NCBI RefSeq assembly: GCF_011386835.1
Contig: NC_088806.1
Coordinates: 26,474,001 to 26,538,000, forward strand
Length of the DNA: 64,000 bases
DNA from: Chrysemys picta bellii
Lineage: Eukaryota
Reading direction: 5' to 3'
This document shows, piece by piece, positions 1 to 13,651 of the stretch. Both the position numbers and the translations under genes were made by a program. The first letter of the stretch is position 1. Each line of letters opens with the position of its first letter. Below the pieces are notes generated by a model. The model searched no databases and had not been told where the DNA came from. It saw only the letters and a program-made list of their open reading frames with translations.

Positions 1-2165
1 ACCCACCCACTGGGATGACACGTCTGTAGCAGCTTCCTATAGAACCAGTCTCTTTGAGGGGATTTGAAGCCCAGAGTGCTCTGTTGTCCCTGAGATTCTG
101 GCCATCTTGGGTCATTACACAGGAGCTGTCCAGTGTGGGTAATTCCATTCTGCCTCCCTAAATCCTGCCCAGCGGTTTCACTGGATTCTCCTTCACTCCT
201 CTCCTCAACTGTTGTGTGGTGTTACTGGGTGCTTTTTAAACAGCTGCTGCTTCCCACCTCAGAGGTGGCTGCATTTCAGTGGTGGGTAAATAACCCCTTC
301 AAAGTGCTTTGGGATTGAGGATGAAAAAAATCACCATATCAGAAAGAGGCTGGAGCCAAGACCTTGGAGGCAAACTCCTCCAAACAGCCAGATTCCATGG
401 CTTGAGCACATCCTTCTGCCATGGGCAGGGAAGGTAGGTACCGGGGAAGAGGTTACTGCAGTTTATACAGCCACAGGAAGTGACACAACTTCCTCCCCTT
501 CAAGTTCCTGTCTAGTGGTTTGCGCTACACTCTCTATCAAGCTACAACCCCACATGGATGCTCAAAATAGAAACAGCGGGGAAGGGCCTGTCACTCCACT
601 CCCCACAGATGGGCTGGGTTGGCACAGAGAAAGACTTGTCGTTGTTATTCATAGTTTGTATTGGCCCAGTCCCGGCCCAGGACCCCACTGTGCGAGGCAC
701 TGTACAAACACAGAACAGAAAGACGGTCTCTGCCCAAGGTGGGGGAATCTCCACAGTCCCAGGGGTTTAGCAGAGACTTCCACAAGAGCCATGTGATTGG
801 AACCCCACACAGCCCTCTGGAAACATGCCCCCAGGGGGTCATTTAAATATAAATTTAGATATCACAGCTGGAGAGTCAAATTCAGCAACGTTCACCAGCT
901 GTGCATGGATCCTACTGCGCAAGGGCTGGAAGTGTGACACCTGACTATGGCATCCTGACCTTGCTGCGCTAAGCGCTCAAAATTTACCTGTATCTCCCCC
1001 TTCTCCTGGCCACAAGCACATCCTAGAACTGAAACACGCCAGCACAGACAGCCTCAGCAGCCTTGGAAGAGACTCCACAGCCTCTCCCCCAGGCAGTGCC
1101 AGAGATGTCTGGGGCATTGATTTCTGACACCAAGAACCACCAAGGTGGAAAATTATCACCTGTGGGAGCAGGGAACTGATGCTTTCAACACACATCCCTG
1201 CCCCAGGACATGGCAAACTCCAAGGATTATAAGCTCAGCCATCCCTGATGGGCCCTTGCTCCCCTCCTCACCACCTTCGGCTAGGGGGTGAACGTGTCAG
1301 TTGGAGCACCGAAGGGTGGTTCGATCTTGATTTCTGGGTGATGGGTGCTAGGATCGGCAACCAGCTCCCATCTCCTCTCCTGTTCCTATTCCAACCCCTC
1401 CTTCCTACCCCGCTAGCCCCAGCTCATCAGCCCCGCAACAGCTGCAGAATCCAGGGAGCGCCCTGACCCCACACCCCTCCCCTGGCTGTCCACCGCCTGT
1501 AGGAGCCAACTCAAAATCACCGCTCTTATTTTAAACACCCTTGCACGGGCTCGCTCCCACCATTTGTCGTCTTCTTTTTCCTCCCCTCCCACCTCCCTCC
1601 TGTCATCCAGTTCTGTCTCTGGTGGGTACAGGCACCTCTTGGATTTCCTTAACGAAGCACTGCACTTGCATTTAACATAGAGAAGAGTTTCCAGGGAATA
1701 AGAGACCTAAACCACCATCTAACCAACTTAGAGCCAGAGCCCTTTGCTTCTGCAGCACAGGGCTGCCCCCAGGCTCAGCCACAGATGCAGCATAGAACAT
1801 TAGTTGCAACAAAGCAATGGGTATTTTTTTCTCTCCCTCACATTCTACCCAATAGGAATACAAGCAACCCACAGGGGCCTCTACGCTAGCTCATACATGC
1901 CACAACAGTTAACCCTTCAGTTACCAGATTAAAATAAAACAGTGCAAAATGCATATCCTAACAGTCCCTTTGCCACTGCAGGGGCAAGAGTCTTCTCCTC
2001 TGCAACTCCTGTGTCTCCTCAAGATGCTGATTCATGTGATTTCTTTTCAAATCTCTCCCCTCCTGGCTAGATCTCTCCATTCCCTGGCCCCAGGAACACA
2101 ACTGCCAGGAAAGATGCTACACTCACAGGACCGCTGTGCCCTCACTGGGGGCTGCCATGCCCTAC

Positions 2166-2394
2166 CTCTCTTTCTCCACCAGGAGCCCTCACGGACGGAG
2201 TAGGACAGGTCAACGAACTCGATGTCCACGGCCGAACGCTTGGGCAGGTGCGAGAACCGCTGCGCCTCTGTGATGTGATTCTCCACCTTCTTCAGGTGGG
2301 TGGTCAGGAGAGGCGCGTCCTGGGAGCCAGCATTGCACACGGAGTCCTCCAAAGCGACGGAGACGCAGGTTGGGTCAATCCCCTTCTCAGCCAT
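2166..2394 (-). CDS. ABCG4: ABCG4 first coding exon (N-terminus MAEKGIDP...SYSVREGSWWRKR-G); later exons lie outside the window to the left
   Basis: LTTHLKKVENHITEAQRFSHLPKRSAVDIEFVDLSYSVREG matches the remembered human ABCG4 N-terminus almost exactly. Acceptor ctccag at 2404, GCC-ATG-G Kozak at 2394, phase-1 donor AG|GTAGG at 2166/2165. Confidence 0.95.
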
Positions 2395-3231
2395 GGCGCC
2401 GCTCTGGAGGGGGACACCACACAGGCTCACCATGGAGACAGACAGTGACCAATTCATCGGAGCTTGTTCTATGCTGAGCAGCCAGAAACTCCTGCCCCTT
2501 CCCCGAGGCGCCCCGGCTGGGAAAAAGCTGGGACTGCCCTGGGGTTATTGCTACATGCCTCCTGCTGGGATGCAGGGGCTGGAGTCGCTGGGAGCTCCCC
2601 TGCAGCCAGCTCCCACCCTACTCCTGCTAGAACAGGGCAGCTTGGCTTGGTTTTGACCGGCTGCCATGTGGCCTCTGCCTCCCCATTAAATGTTGCAGCA
2701 GCTATTAGCATCCCTGGACCAGTGGAGACTCCCAAGGGAGCTGCTTGGTGCTGCTGAGTATTCACCCCTTGGGTGTCGGTGTGCACTGGGAAAGAGGTCT
2801 TGCCCCATGTGCTTGACACGGATAATAGCCCCTTCACGCCTAACCTGGAGGTGCCGACCCCTTCCAAGGCAGAGGAGAATTCAGGGGCTGACCCCGTTGA
2901 AGCTATCCACCATGCTGCTCCCTCGAAGGGCTTTAGCTACAGTCTGGAGGGGAACCTCTCCCCTGCCCCCACACCCCAGTGCGGATGTAGCTCAGCCAGG
3001 TCCTGGAGAGCTGGGGGCAGGCAGCCACTGATCAGCTGGGATGGCAATAATTCAGGGAGCTCTGGCCATGGCTGGCTCTGCCGGCCGGGCCTAGTTCTCA
3101 GGCTGAGGCGGCAGAGCAGGGAGCATGTTGCCCTGTGACCCCCCCCCCCCCCCGCCCCCTTCTGCTCCCCTACTAGGCTTTCTCCCTCCTCCACACCAAG
3201 TGGGGAGCAGGGAGCGAGATCCGCTCCCCAT

Positions 3232-3356
3232 TAGGGTGACCGGACCGCCAGTGTGAAAAATCAGGACAGGGGTGGGGGGTAATAGGAGCCTATATAAGAA
3301 AAAAGACCCCAAATATCGGGACTGTTCTTATAAAATCGGGACGTCTGGTCACCCTA
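3232..3356. mobile_element. hAT-type MITE, 125 bp
   Basis: TIRs TAGGGTGACC / GGTCACCCTA; 8-bp TSD ctccccat / gtccccat. Confidence 0.85.
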
Positions 3357-4828
3357 GTCCCCATCCTGCTGTGACGCACTGGGCAGGGGCAGGGAGAGAC
3401 TAGAAGGGAAGATGGAGGGAGTCAGAGGAGGGATTCAGGGGCACCCTCTGTAAATCCAGCTCGGATACTTACTCAGGGAGCCCCCCCGGCTTCCAATCTG
3501 CTCCTGCCATTGGCGAGGGGCTGCTGATGCCCAAGGGGAAAACCCCCTCCTGTCTGGTAAGGGGGCAGTGGGTTGGGATGACAGACAAAGCCATGGCATT
3601 GCAATTCTTGGGCCAAAAGGCTCCTCGGCCCCCCATCCTTCCTGGGTTGAACCAGCCCGACCCCATCCAATCATCTGCCTCACTCCAGTAGGTCCCACCG
3701 GATCCTGGGTTGCTCTCAGCAGTTGGAGCAGCGCAGGCCGTGGTGACAAGCAGGGTGCGAGGCCAGTGCTGGGGTAGCAGACCTGCAAGGGAAAAGCTGC
3801 CACAGGAGGCGCTCTTCCCTCCGAGCCAATCGGCCCCCACATGGTGCTGGGCTGTGGAGGGTGCCCAGGAGAACCTGGCTTTGCTCATGCTTCCCTGGCA
3901 CTTTTCAGATGAGCAGCAGGTGCCCTCGCCACAGTCTAACTGGTGTCACCCCAGCAGTAACAGGTACATGAGCCTCCTTTGCCCCCGACCCTGCAGTGCC
4001 GTGTTGCTGGGCACTGGGCAGTAGGCGGTGGGCTCCACCCCAGAGCGGGCTGCACGGCGCTGGGGTTCATGGTGGGGCTAGTCCAGGCAAGTGGGGGACG
4101 CTGTTAGCACCGCCCAGGCCCCTGCACCTGGCCGCAGGGAGCCCCAAATGGGGCAGGCCTGCGGGGGCCCTGCTGCTGGGGGAAGGGGGGAGCTGAGCCT
4201 GCAGGCGAGCAGCCCGGGCCCCTCGCCCCCCCTCCCACGCGTGGGGCACTAATGCCTCCTTAACCTACATTTCCCTGGGCTGCAGCCTTCAGCCACCGCC
4301 TGGCTGGAGCTGCGGGTCCGGCAGCGCATCCTTGGCTGGGCCGCTCCCCGATGCAGACAGAGCCCTTGCAGGGCTGGCAAAGCGCCAACCCCCCCCCCCC
4401 CCACACACACACTGGGCGAAGGGCTCTTGGCTTGCCGGCCCCAGCGCCCCCTCCTCGCCCGGGTGGGGGGACTGCCGGAGCTAGAGGGGCCAAGGCAAAG
4501 TTTGGGCCAGCCGGAGCCCTCGGGGGTCACCTTGACGCCTCCCGCGGCTCCTCGCAGGGACCGAGACCCCCCCTCCCCGCATCGCTCCGACATCAGCCCC
4601 CCACCCCGGGAGCAGATGTGCCAGGAATAGTCCTCAGCGCCCCCCCCCCCCATCTCATACCTACCCTGCCCCCCGCCCCGTCCAAACTGCAGCAAAATTG
4701 ATCGTCCCCCCCCCCCCCCCACGCAGGTCACCCGCCCGCGAGTGGGCCGGGGAGCGGGGCTCCTGGGGGGGCTTTGCAGGCTGACAGCCGGGGAGCAAAA
4801 GGAAGGGGGGGGGCTTTGCAACACTCAC

Positions 4829-4900
4829 CTTAGCGCGTTACCGGCTCGGCCCTGCTCCCGGTCCTTGCAGAGGCGACGGATCTAGCGCCCTGCGCCGCCG
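4829..4900 (-). other. ABCG4: Candidate non-coding first exon of ABCG4 (proximal); 5' boundary approximate
   Basis: Consensus donor TAAG|GTGAGT at 4829/4828 inside a CpG island upstream of the first coding exon. Confidence 0.6.
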
Positions 4901-4964
4901 CCGGCTGCCTGGAGCCCCCGAGCCGCCGGCATGGGGCGGCGTGTCTCGGTGCAAACGCCCTCAC

Positions 4965-5050
4965 CTTCTCCTTTGCAGACAAAGGGGCGACGTCTCCTGC
5001 CTGCGGTGGCCGCGGCTCGGGGAGGGAGCGCTAGACGCCGGCGCCCGGGC
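4965..5050 (-). other. ABCG4: Candidate alternative non-coding first exon of ABCG4; 5' boundary approximate
   Basis: Second donor GAAG|GTGAGG at 4965/4964 in the same CpG island. Confidence 0.4.
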
Positions 5051-8000
5051 TGAGCGTGCACCCGAAGAGAGAGAGACCGGCGCAATGAAGAGGCTGCCAG
5101 GTTACTGCAGGCACCAGCCTCCCATCCCATTTGCAGCTTCCCGGGGATGGGCACGTTACCCGCTGCAGATCAGTCCCCAGCTGGCGCTGGCTTCCCCATT
5201 GCCTGGCAGGTGGGGCTGGCGGGGCTGCTTTCTCAGCCAAGCAGCCGGCTAGGAACCCCTCTCCTGGGGCTGGGCAGAGGAGCTGCCTCCATCCATCCCT
5301 TGGATCCTTTCCAGCAGGGTGCCAGTTTCTGCTGAATGTCAGAACCAGGAGGCTGGGCTTTCCAGGCAGGTCTTACTTCCCCAGCCCACACAACAGCCTC
5401 TCTTAAAGGGGCAGGAACCCACGCGCTGTCTAGTCCAGGTCCCTAAAGGTAAGGGCAGCCCTGGGGTGCCTAATCCTGCAGGCCTGGGCCTGCTGTTCGT
5501 CCCTGCTGGCCCACCCCAAACAATCCCCCCTCTGGCTCTGAATGACATGACTGGGCCTGCCGCAGTGGCCATGCTCTGTGTTACTGACAGAACGCAGCAG
5601 CTAAACAGCGGCGTTTGTACCCAGCCCATCCAAGAAACAGGGGCCCACTTCTCCGGAGGCTGGAGAACATGGAGTGCTGCACCCACGGCTCTGGCACCAA
5701 CTGAAATTTTCTAAAGGCCGTTCCCTATAGGGATGCGCCCCTGGGATACCCACATTGCCCGCTGGTTGCCGACAGAGGACAGCTACCAGCTTGGCTGTGA
5801 GGAGTAATTTGACCCTGGATAGGCAGCTAAGATCAGGGAGCCTGACCATCCCCCAAAGCCCCCCAGAGTTACTGGGTGTAATTAATGAGAGAAGTGCAAC
5901 ATTAAAACAGATTCTGAGGTTGATTCATCACAAACTCCCTGCCCTATATGGACGCGTGCACAGATGCACACCCCCTTTGGCAAATGGCTGTTTCCATTCA
6001 GGAGAGCCCCAGGGTTGGAACAGCTGTAGGAGGATTGTGTGGGAACCCTAAAATAAACTAGGGTGAGCCCCTGGGGAATGAAGTGTGTCAGCAGAGCTGT
6101 GCAGGGAGAGTAGCAGGGATACTGCAGATTGGTGCACCAGCAAGGTGGTGGGGGCATGTCCTAGGACGGGAATACCTGGGGTGTGCAGGTCAGGAATATG
6201 TATCAGCAGAGCTGTGGGGAGGTGACAGGGGGGTAGAGGAGCTGGGGGATGGGGGCTGCAGGTCAGGACCAAGGTGCCTCAGCCAGGCTGTGGTGGGGTG
6301 TCTCGGAGTAGAGGAATCTCACTCTCTATTCAGGCCCCCATCAACCTCGTATCAGAATTCCTCACCAGAGCTCACGCAGCCCCGGCACCTCTCTGCCTGG
6401 CTCCTGCCATCGCTATTAGTCACACATATCACCCACAACATTTCTTAAAGCATGGAAGACATATGGAAATGAGCGACATTAATGAGGATATTAATTAGAA
6501 AACCATCTGCTGAGCCGTGGAGAGCTTTCCTGCTGCCACAGCCAGTCACGGGGAGGGTGGGAGACAGCTGGACACTGTGACTGTGTGCCGATGGGTTGGA
6601 CCAAACTCATACTGGGAATCAGTCAAATTGGGAGTCAGGCTCAAGCCATGTGTAATGGCAGGGGAGCCACCTGCTGCCAGGGGCAGTAGTGAGGGATGGT
6701 TAAAGGCGTACAAAGGTCTCCAGGCTGGGCATTAGAAAGGCTGGGGAGCTGTGAATACCCCGGGCAGAGGACAGTGAGGGGACTTGTTCATACATAGAAC
6801 AAGACTCAGTGTGGTGAATTCTTCGTTCATTTAAGGCACCAAAATAATCAAGTTATCTTGTGGGTTTACACAAGCGCCAGAAGGGAGTTAAGTGCATCAA
6901 ATCCCATTGAAAGTCAGTGGAAGCTGGGGGTGGGGGTGGAAGGAGTGAAGTTTCCAAAAGCTCCTAAATGACTTGAGTGCTGCTGACTTTCACTCTGACT
7001 TGGGCTCCCCAGTCACTTAGGCCCAGATTCACAAAGGTATTTAGGCTCCTAACTTCCACTGAAATCAATGGATGTTAGCAGCCGGGCCTTAGGCAAATCC
7101 TATCCTGGGTGCCTAACTCCCTTAGGTACCTTGGTCTATACCCAGCCTAAGACATTCCTGGGTTTATGTGTTGGAGCCAATTACTGTTCCATGTAAGCTC
7201 ACAAGTCGATGCTATGCTCTGGATTGTTTGTGTCATTTTTCTTTAATAGCAGAAGTTCAACAATTCTGGGTTTGCCTTTTTCAGAAACCGCTGCCCATCC
7301 TATCCATCACTTGGCTTCACTCCCCGCTGGAAAGGGGATCCCCTCTTGTGGGCATTCCCATGTGTAAGATGAGCTTGGTGGGGTCTCAGTCCAGTCCCTA
7401 GGACGTAAGTGTCTACAGCTCAGAAACCACCACGATTGGTATGAATTACCCCCTTTTCTGGCAGCTTCAGGAGCGAATAGGCTGTGGAAACAACTCCCCT
7501 TGGGCTAATAACACTTCTTGTCAAACTTAGGTTTTTGGGGCAGGGACTGTCTCTCATTCTGTCTATACAGCACCTAACACAATGGGGCTCTGAGCTTGGC
7601 TGGAGCCTTCGGTTGCTACCACAATACAAATGATTAATAATACCTTGAGGCCGGACTGAAACGCGCAGGTGAGTCGGTGGCAGAGCAGCTTGCCTGGCTG
7701 CCCATGTAGTGGACAAGCAGAGGATTCAGTCCCTTTGGGTGTGGCCATTTCACGAGAGGGTCCCCACTGCTGTTCTCCTGGGTGGAACTCCCCCACCACT
7801 GAACTCAGACACATTCTGACACCACCCCGCAAAACCCAGCCCACCTTAGAGCCATTACTTGCTGCGGCTTGTGTGAACGGAGCGAGTCAGGAGTCATAAC
7901 GCTGGCTCTGTTATTAATTTGCATCGCAGTCGGGCCTAGAGGCCCCAGCTGAGATCAGGGTCCCCTTGTGTTAGGCACTGTACAGACAGGGGGTCTAGAC

Positions 8001-9178
8001 AGCCCCTGCCCTGAAAGGCGGACAGTCTGGTCTCTTTGTTGGGGAAGTGGGGCCATGACTCCTAGTTAGGATCCTGCCTGCTGGCTTGGGTGTAAGAAAC
8101 AAGCTCTCTAGGCTGGGCTTTGAGCCTAGCTTTGCATTGGCCACTGTGCCTTTGGTACAGCCATATGGGAAATAAGGGGACATGGCTGTTCATAGAGGTG
8201 TGAGCCTATCTTGGTGGCTGTACCCAGAGGGGTCTGACAACAGGCATTCTCTCCCCCATCCTGGCTGAGGGATAACCTGTACTGGTGGGTGTTGGGCTGG
8301 AGTTGTGGGTGACCCATGGACCTCGCATAGGATTAGACTGTATCCTGGGTCAGGGAGTACATCCACTGGTCTGTTAACCCCATGTACCTCATCTGGCATC
8401 TGCCTCCAGCCATGGTTAATAGCTGGTGAAACAGAGAATGGCACAAAACTCGATGCTGTATGGTGCCATAGGTGTGAATCTGTGTGTTCCTTCTGAGGCT
8501 TGTGTACTTGAGGTTTGGCCGTGAAGCAAAAGATCTGTGCACTCTGTTTAGTGTGTGTGGCACTTATGTTTTATTGAAATAGTGATTAAATTTTGCCAAG
8601 CCCTGAGTAAATCCTACTTGCAGCATTTCACGTGGGATGGAATTTTTGGAAGCACCTAAATGACTCAGGAGCACAAGTCCTGTGGACTTTCACTGGGACT
8701 AATGCTCCTAGGTCACTTCAGTGCTTTTGAAAACCTCACCCTCTGTGACCCCCTCCAGCAGGGAGTTCCACAGGTTGAGTATAATCATAGAGAAAGATAA
8801 CAATACCTAGTGGGAATGGAAGAATGGAATGGTATTTCCTTTCACTGGCTTTCAGTTTAGTGCTATTCAATTGCAGCACGTGATTCCTTGTGCCTATATA
8901 ATAAAATAATAGTGTTTAATAATTGTTACTAATTGTACTGCAGTAGTACCTCAGAGTCCGGTCCTGGATCAGGGACACACTGCACAGACGCAGAACACAT
9001 AAGACCTTCTGTAGTCTATACTATCCCCATCAGGGTTCTGGAAACTGGGACAGAATGCGGAAGCTCCCCTAAGAGGTTTTTAAATCAGTGGTAGTGCTGG
9101 AAAATCACTGTGATCTTGCTGTAAACATATTTTAATTACCCTTACAACACATGTGCCTCCAATTCCCTCTGCCTCTCT

Positions 9179-9182
<4 letters not shown>

Positions 9183-9222
<40 letters not shown>
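9183..9222. repeat. (CA)20 microsatellite
   Basis: Read directly. Confidence 0.97.
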
Positions 9223-9226
<4 letters not shown>

Positions 9227-12200
9227 GCTGGAGAGAATAATCCGTTGCTTCTTCCTTTGTGCATTTCCAGGGTTGGAGTGGAGATGGGGTTACACTGAGC
9301 TCTAGGAAGATTCCCCTCGGGAGCAAGAGGCTGCTTCCTGCTGGAGCCAGCATAATGCGAATGGAGAGGAACCTGTGTGGCTAAAAGCCTTCGCCGCCCA
9401 CTGGAACTGCTGAATATTTATTCCTACTGGAAATGAAAGGAGAGGAGAAATCTAGGCAGCTCGGAGTGACTCTCTGCCTGGATGAGAAGCGCCTGCGGCA
9501 GCGGGTTGTGTTTGTGCTGCCTGCAGTCGATAAAATAGCTCATCTGGTCAGATGATGGATGTTATACAAAGGGCTTAGGCAATAGTGGCCCGTCCATCAA
9601 CCCAACCCACGGCTTAGCTGGCCGTAGCTCACCTAGGGGCAGCAGCGAGGGCCCCAGCGCCCGCCAGCTAAACCCAACTTATTGCTGGTCTGTTGTGATG
9701 GGGGATTGGCATAAGGTCTATGCCCTGGATGGATGTTAGGGCACAAACAACACATGTAATTGCTAACCACAGCCCTGCCCCCAACCCCACACAGACTACA
9801 CGGCTCCTGAGCTGACCTGGTCTCTCCCTCCAGCAACGGGACCAGAGGGGAAGAAGCTCTCCGCTCTGGCTTGGGCCCATAGGTTGCAGGGCTGGCCCTG
9901 TATCAGGTTCAGTGGATCCTCGAGGCACGGATTGCGTTGGCAGACAGGTATCTCTCCATGCCCTAAGCTGAGGGAGAAGGTGCTGGTGCGATTTAGGGGG
10001 AGGGATTGGTCCATTTCTTTCCCGCTGAGCCCCAGACAGAGATCTAGGGACCCAAGAGGGTTCCCTTTCTCTCACCCCTTCATTCCCGGCAGGATGCCCC
10101 TTGCCGCAGTCTCACTCTTCCTCCATCCTGGTGGTGCACAGGTTTCATGCCAGGTTACAGATGGATGAGGCCCATCAACTCCCACCCCAAGGGGAGCCAG
10201 GCCAGGACCGTTCACAGGACAGCTCATACATCTGGGCTTTGGCCAGTCCCGCTTAAACAATTCCCACAGGCTGACAGGGTCATTGTCAAGCCCTCTCGCC
10301 CACCCTCCCTGCAGCTCTAACTCTTACTAGCCACTGCCACTGGGGCCAAGACCCAGCACTGCCTCATCTCTGGCCTTGGCTCATTGAGATGCTGTCCAGA
10401 CACAACGCTGTGTTCTCTGGACCACCTGAGCCCCGGGGGCTGCAGCCCAGGCTGTGCTGTATTCTCAGAGGGCCTGGGGTTTGTTCAGCCCCAGCATTGC
10501 ATACTCCCTGCCCCCATGCTGCAGTCACAGACCCATGCAGTTATGTTCTCCCCCCGCCTCAGCCCCTTCAATGTAGTCATTTCTCAGGTGATTTGCTATA
10601 AGAATAGAACCCAAGGCCTGAGCCCTCCTTTGCCAGCCCAGCCTCCCAGCTGGACCAGCTCAGAGAGCTTCTTTTTCCTCCTGGTGACTAGCTCCCCATC
10701 CCCACCATAGCCCAGCACAGGTCACTTACCCAAGCTGCTCCGCTGTTCAGAGCTCCAGCCCCAGAGCAGATCTGTCCCAGCGTCGGCTGCCCACTTGCTA
10801 GGCTGGGAGCACCTACTAAAGTGCCTTGGAAGTAACTAGGTTAGGCAGCTGGGGGACAAGCTCGGTGTGTGCGCCTGTAGCTTTAAATTCTCTACCTGTC
10901 ACTTGTGCATGCTCACAGCCTCCTCCTCTGGCAGGGAGGAGGGGATGCTGCTGCTACTGCAGTGAGGTTACTTGCAGTCAAACTCCAACCACTGCTGCTC
11001 AGTTCCATTGCCTTGGAAAAACCTGCCATCCTTCCCAGCCCCCTCCCCTTCCTGCAGAGGCCGGGGCAGGTGGGGGCAGCAGCAGGAGGAGATACTGGGG
11101 TGAAATAACTCTCCTCGTCACAGCTATTTTCAGAATCACACTGGTTCCCTCCCGCCCTCGCCCCCCAATGTTTGCACATGACAAACAAGAATAAGAACAG
11201 AGCTGCTGGTTCTTAGTCCCCCGCGGTGGTGGCGGCTTCTAGGGAGCTGAGGTTGGCCAACCTGTTCCACTGGGACCGCTGCTGCTGGACTCCTCGGCAG
11301 TTCCAACAGAGATAAGGGGCTGGTCTGAGCAGCATTGCACAGGCCCGAGAACTTCCCCCAGTGCCTCCTGCATGGAGCCCAATAGCCAGCAGCTGGTTGT
11401 TGCTCACAAGATGCCCATCCTGAGTTCTAGCTCTCCATTGTAGGTCCTTACCTGCCGCCAGCCCACTAGTATCTGAGCACCTCACACTCTTTAGCATATT
11501 GATCCCCTCCATCCCCTCGGCCTGCCATGAGATAGGGCAGCACTCTTTGAGAGCAACAAAGGTAAAAGGACTCTAGTTATTATCCACATGGGAAACTGAG
11601 GCACAGAGGGATTAAGAGACTTGTCTGAGGTCACAGTCTGTAGTGGAGCAGGGAACTGAACGCAGGTCTCCTAAGTCCTAGGCTACAGTGCCAGCCACTA
11701 TCCATCCTTCCTCCCAGTTAAACGGGGCTACTCACTGTTAACATAGTCTAGTAGGGAGCCCCACCTCACACTCCGCAGGACAAGCTGCTCTCCAACTAGT
11801 AGGGATTGGGATGAGACCTTGCAGGTTATTGCACGTCCATCTAGCTGGGGCTTTCTTGCACCTGCCTCTAAAGTGCTAGTGGTTGGCTTTGGTTGGAGCT
11901 GGGATAGGGGGCTAAATGAACCATAGGTCTCCTGCTTTCTGGCTGGAGAGGAGAGTCGACAGAGCTGAAAAACCCTGGAACCCACAGGGTCAAATCCGGC
12001 AGCATCCATCCTTCGCCCTTCCCCGCTGGATACACTGAGGTCTGTGCAGTTACTGGAGGCTATGAACTCTCCCCTTTGCAAGATCCCTGCCCTAGTGGCC
12101 TAACTTCCTCCTCCCCCACACTCTTGGGGAGGGCACTGGCTCTCCCAGAGCTGGCTGCATTTCACAGGGTCTGGGTTTGTAAGCAAAGGTGCTGCATGGA

Positions 12201-13651
12201 GAATATTTTTGCCCATCTAAATCCTCTTTTCCCCAGAGATGAGCGAGTAGAGCATCTCCACTGTACAGCTGGGGGGATCTCCAGCTCAGACAGGGAGTGA
12301 CCGGTCCAAGGTCACAGCTGGAACCAGCACATTTCTTTTACGCAGGCAGCAGGCCAGGCATAACTGGGGTGCAGCGGGCATAGGGCTGAACGGCATGTGC
12401 AGATTTGTTTGGATGGGAGAGTTGGTGCACAGTCGGGCTGGGTGCAAGGGGGTACATAGGCAAGTTGGGTGGTAACCCACCGGGGATGGGATTTATAACA
12501 AGCACTTGTGTCTGTGGAAAGTCAGGGGAGGGTCTGTTGCCTTCATCTCCTTAAGGAGAGGCCAATTTCCCTCTTCGCAATGCTGCTGCAGAGGGTGATG
12601 TAAAAGGAAACCTGCCTTTATAGCTAAATCCCATGCTGCTCATTGCAATGAACGGGAGCTCAGCCATCACTTCCATGGGATAAAGCACTGACCTTTGGAG
12701 AGGGGAAACTGGGTTCAGCAGAACCCCCTCCCGCTGCTTAGCTGGGATGCAAACCATCCACCCACTCAGTGGGAGCAGGCTGAGCCAGCTGGAGAATCAG
12801 GATGGAGCAGTAGCTGGGACAGGTCCTCCAGGTGCTGACGCTGACCCCAAAGAGGAGCAGCCCATAGACTCGCTGGAGATGGAAGGTGGTAGAGAAGCAG
12901 GCTCAGGGTAAAGAACAACCTCCAGCCTCACCTGTGGAGGGACCGAGGAGGGGAATTGAGATTCCCCTTTAACAAGAGAAGAGCACTGGGGGCTACAGGC
13001 ACCGCCTTGCACGGTCTGTGGGACATGTTCTGTGTGCAAGCCCAATCACCAGCCGGGCTTCTCTCTTGTTGGCGCCCTCAGGGACTCTTCGGCCATAGCA
13101 ACTGCCTTAGCTGCCTTTACCGGCTGAGTTCACCCATAAGCCTGCCCAAAGCTGAAATCAGCAGAGCTAGCAGTGTGGGCACAGAGCATGCGGCTCTGCA
13201 TTAACCGTCTCCATCAATTAGCCTCATGCCTCCACCAGCTGTAGCAATGAGGAGCTCAGGCTCCAGAACCTACAGGAGAGGGGTGAACACGTGACCTGGG
13301 GAGGAGAGAGAGGAATACCTCGGAGTGGCAGCTGGTGAGTATCAACACCTAAGAAGGAATAGCACCTTCTTAGGTCACCTCCTGGGTGCAAGGAGCTACC
13401 GCTCCCTGGAAGCCCTGTGAACCTGCACCCAATACACTAGCCCTGGACTCAGGCTCCTGGCTTTGGTCCTGTTAGATTCACAAATTAAATTCACAGTGAA
13501 CACAATGCTCTGGAGATACCTGGACTAACAGCAGGCGACAGCCAGGGGAGAGGACGCTGGTTATCCTCATTTGGTGCTGCACGCTACTGGCCAAACTGAG
13601 AACTGCCACCTTGGTCAGAATCCAAACTGCTCCCTGGCCAGCACAGCTCAC

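Larger units (their letters stand above)
4200..5100. promoter_or_regulatory. CpG island / ABCG4 promoter region
   Basis: Very high GC and dense CpG (cgccgccgccg, gcgcg) upstream of the ABCG4 coding exon. Confidence 0.85.

Noticed and set aside
1-2165. Searched for the next ABCG4 exon (YKTLLK...GPSGAGKS Walker A)
   Set aside because: No matching frame found; it presumably lies left of the window.
4249-4824. 191-aa ORF and overlapping ORFs in the ABCG4 CpG island
   Set aside because: Low-complexity G/P/R translations expected from stop-poor GC-rich DNA; no recognisable domain.
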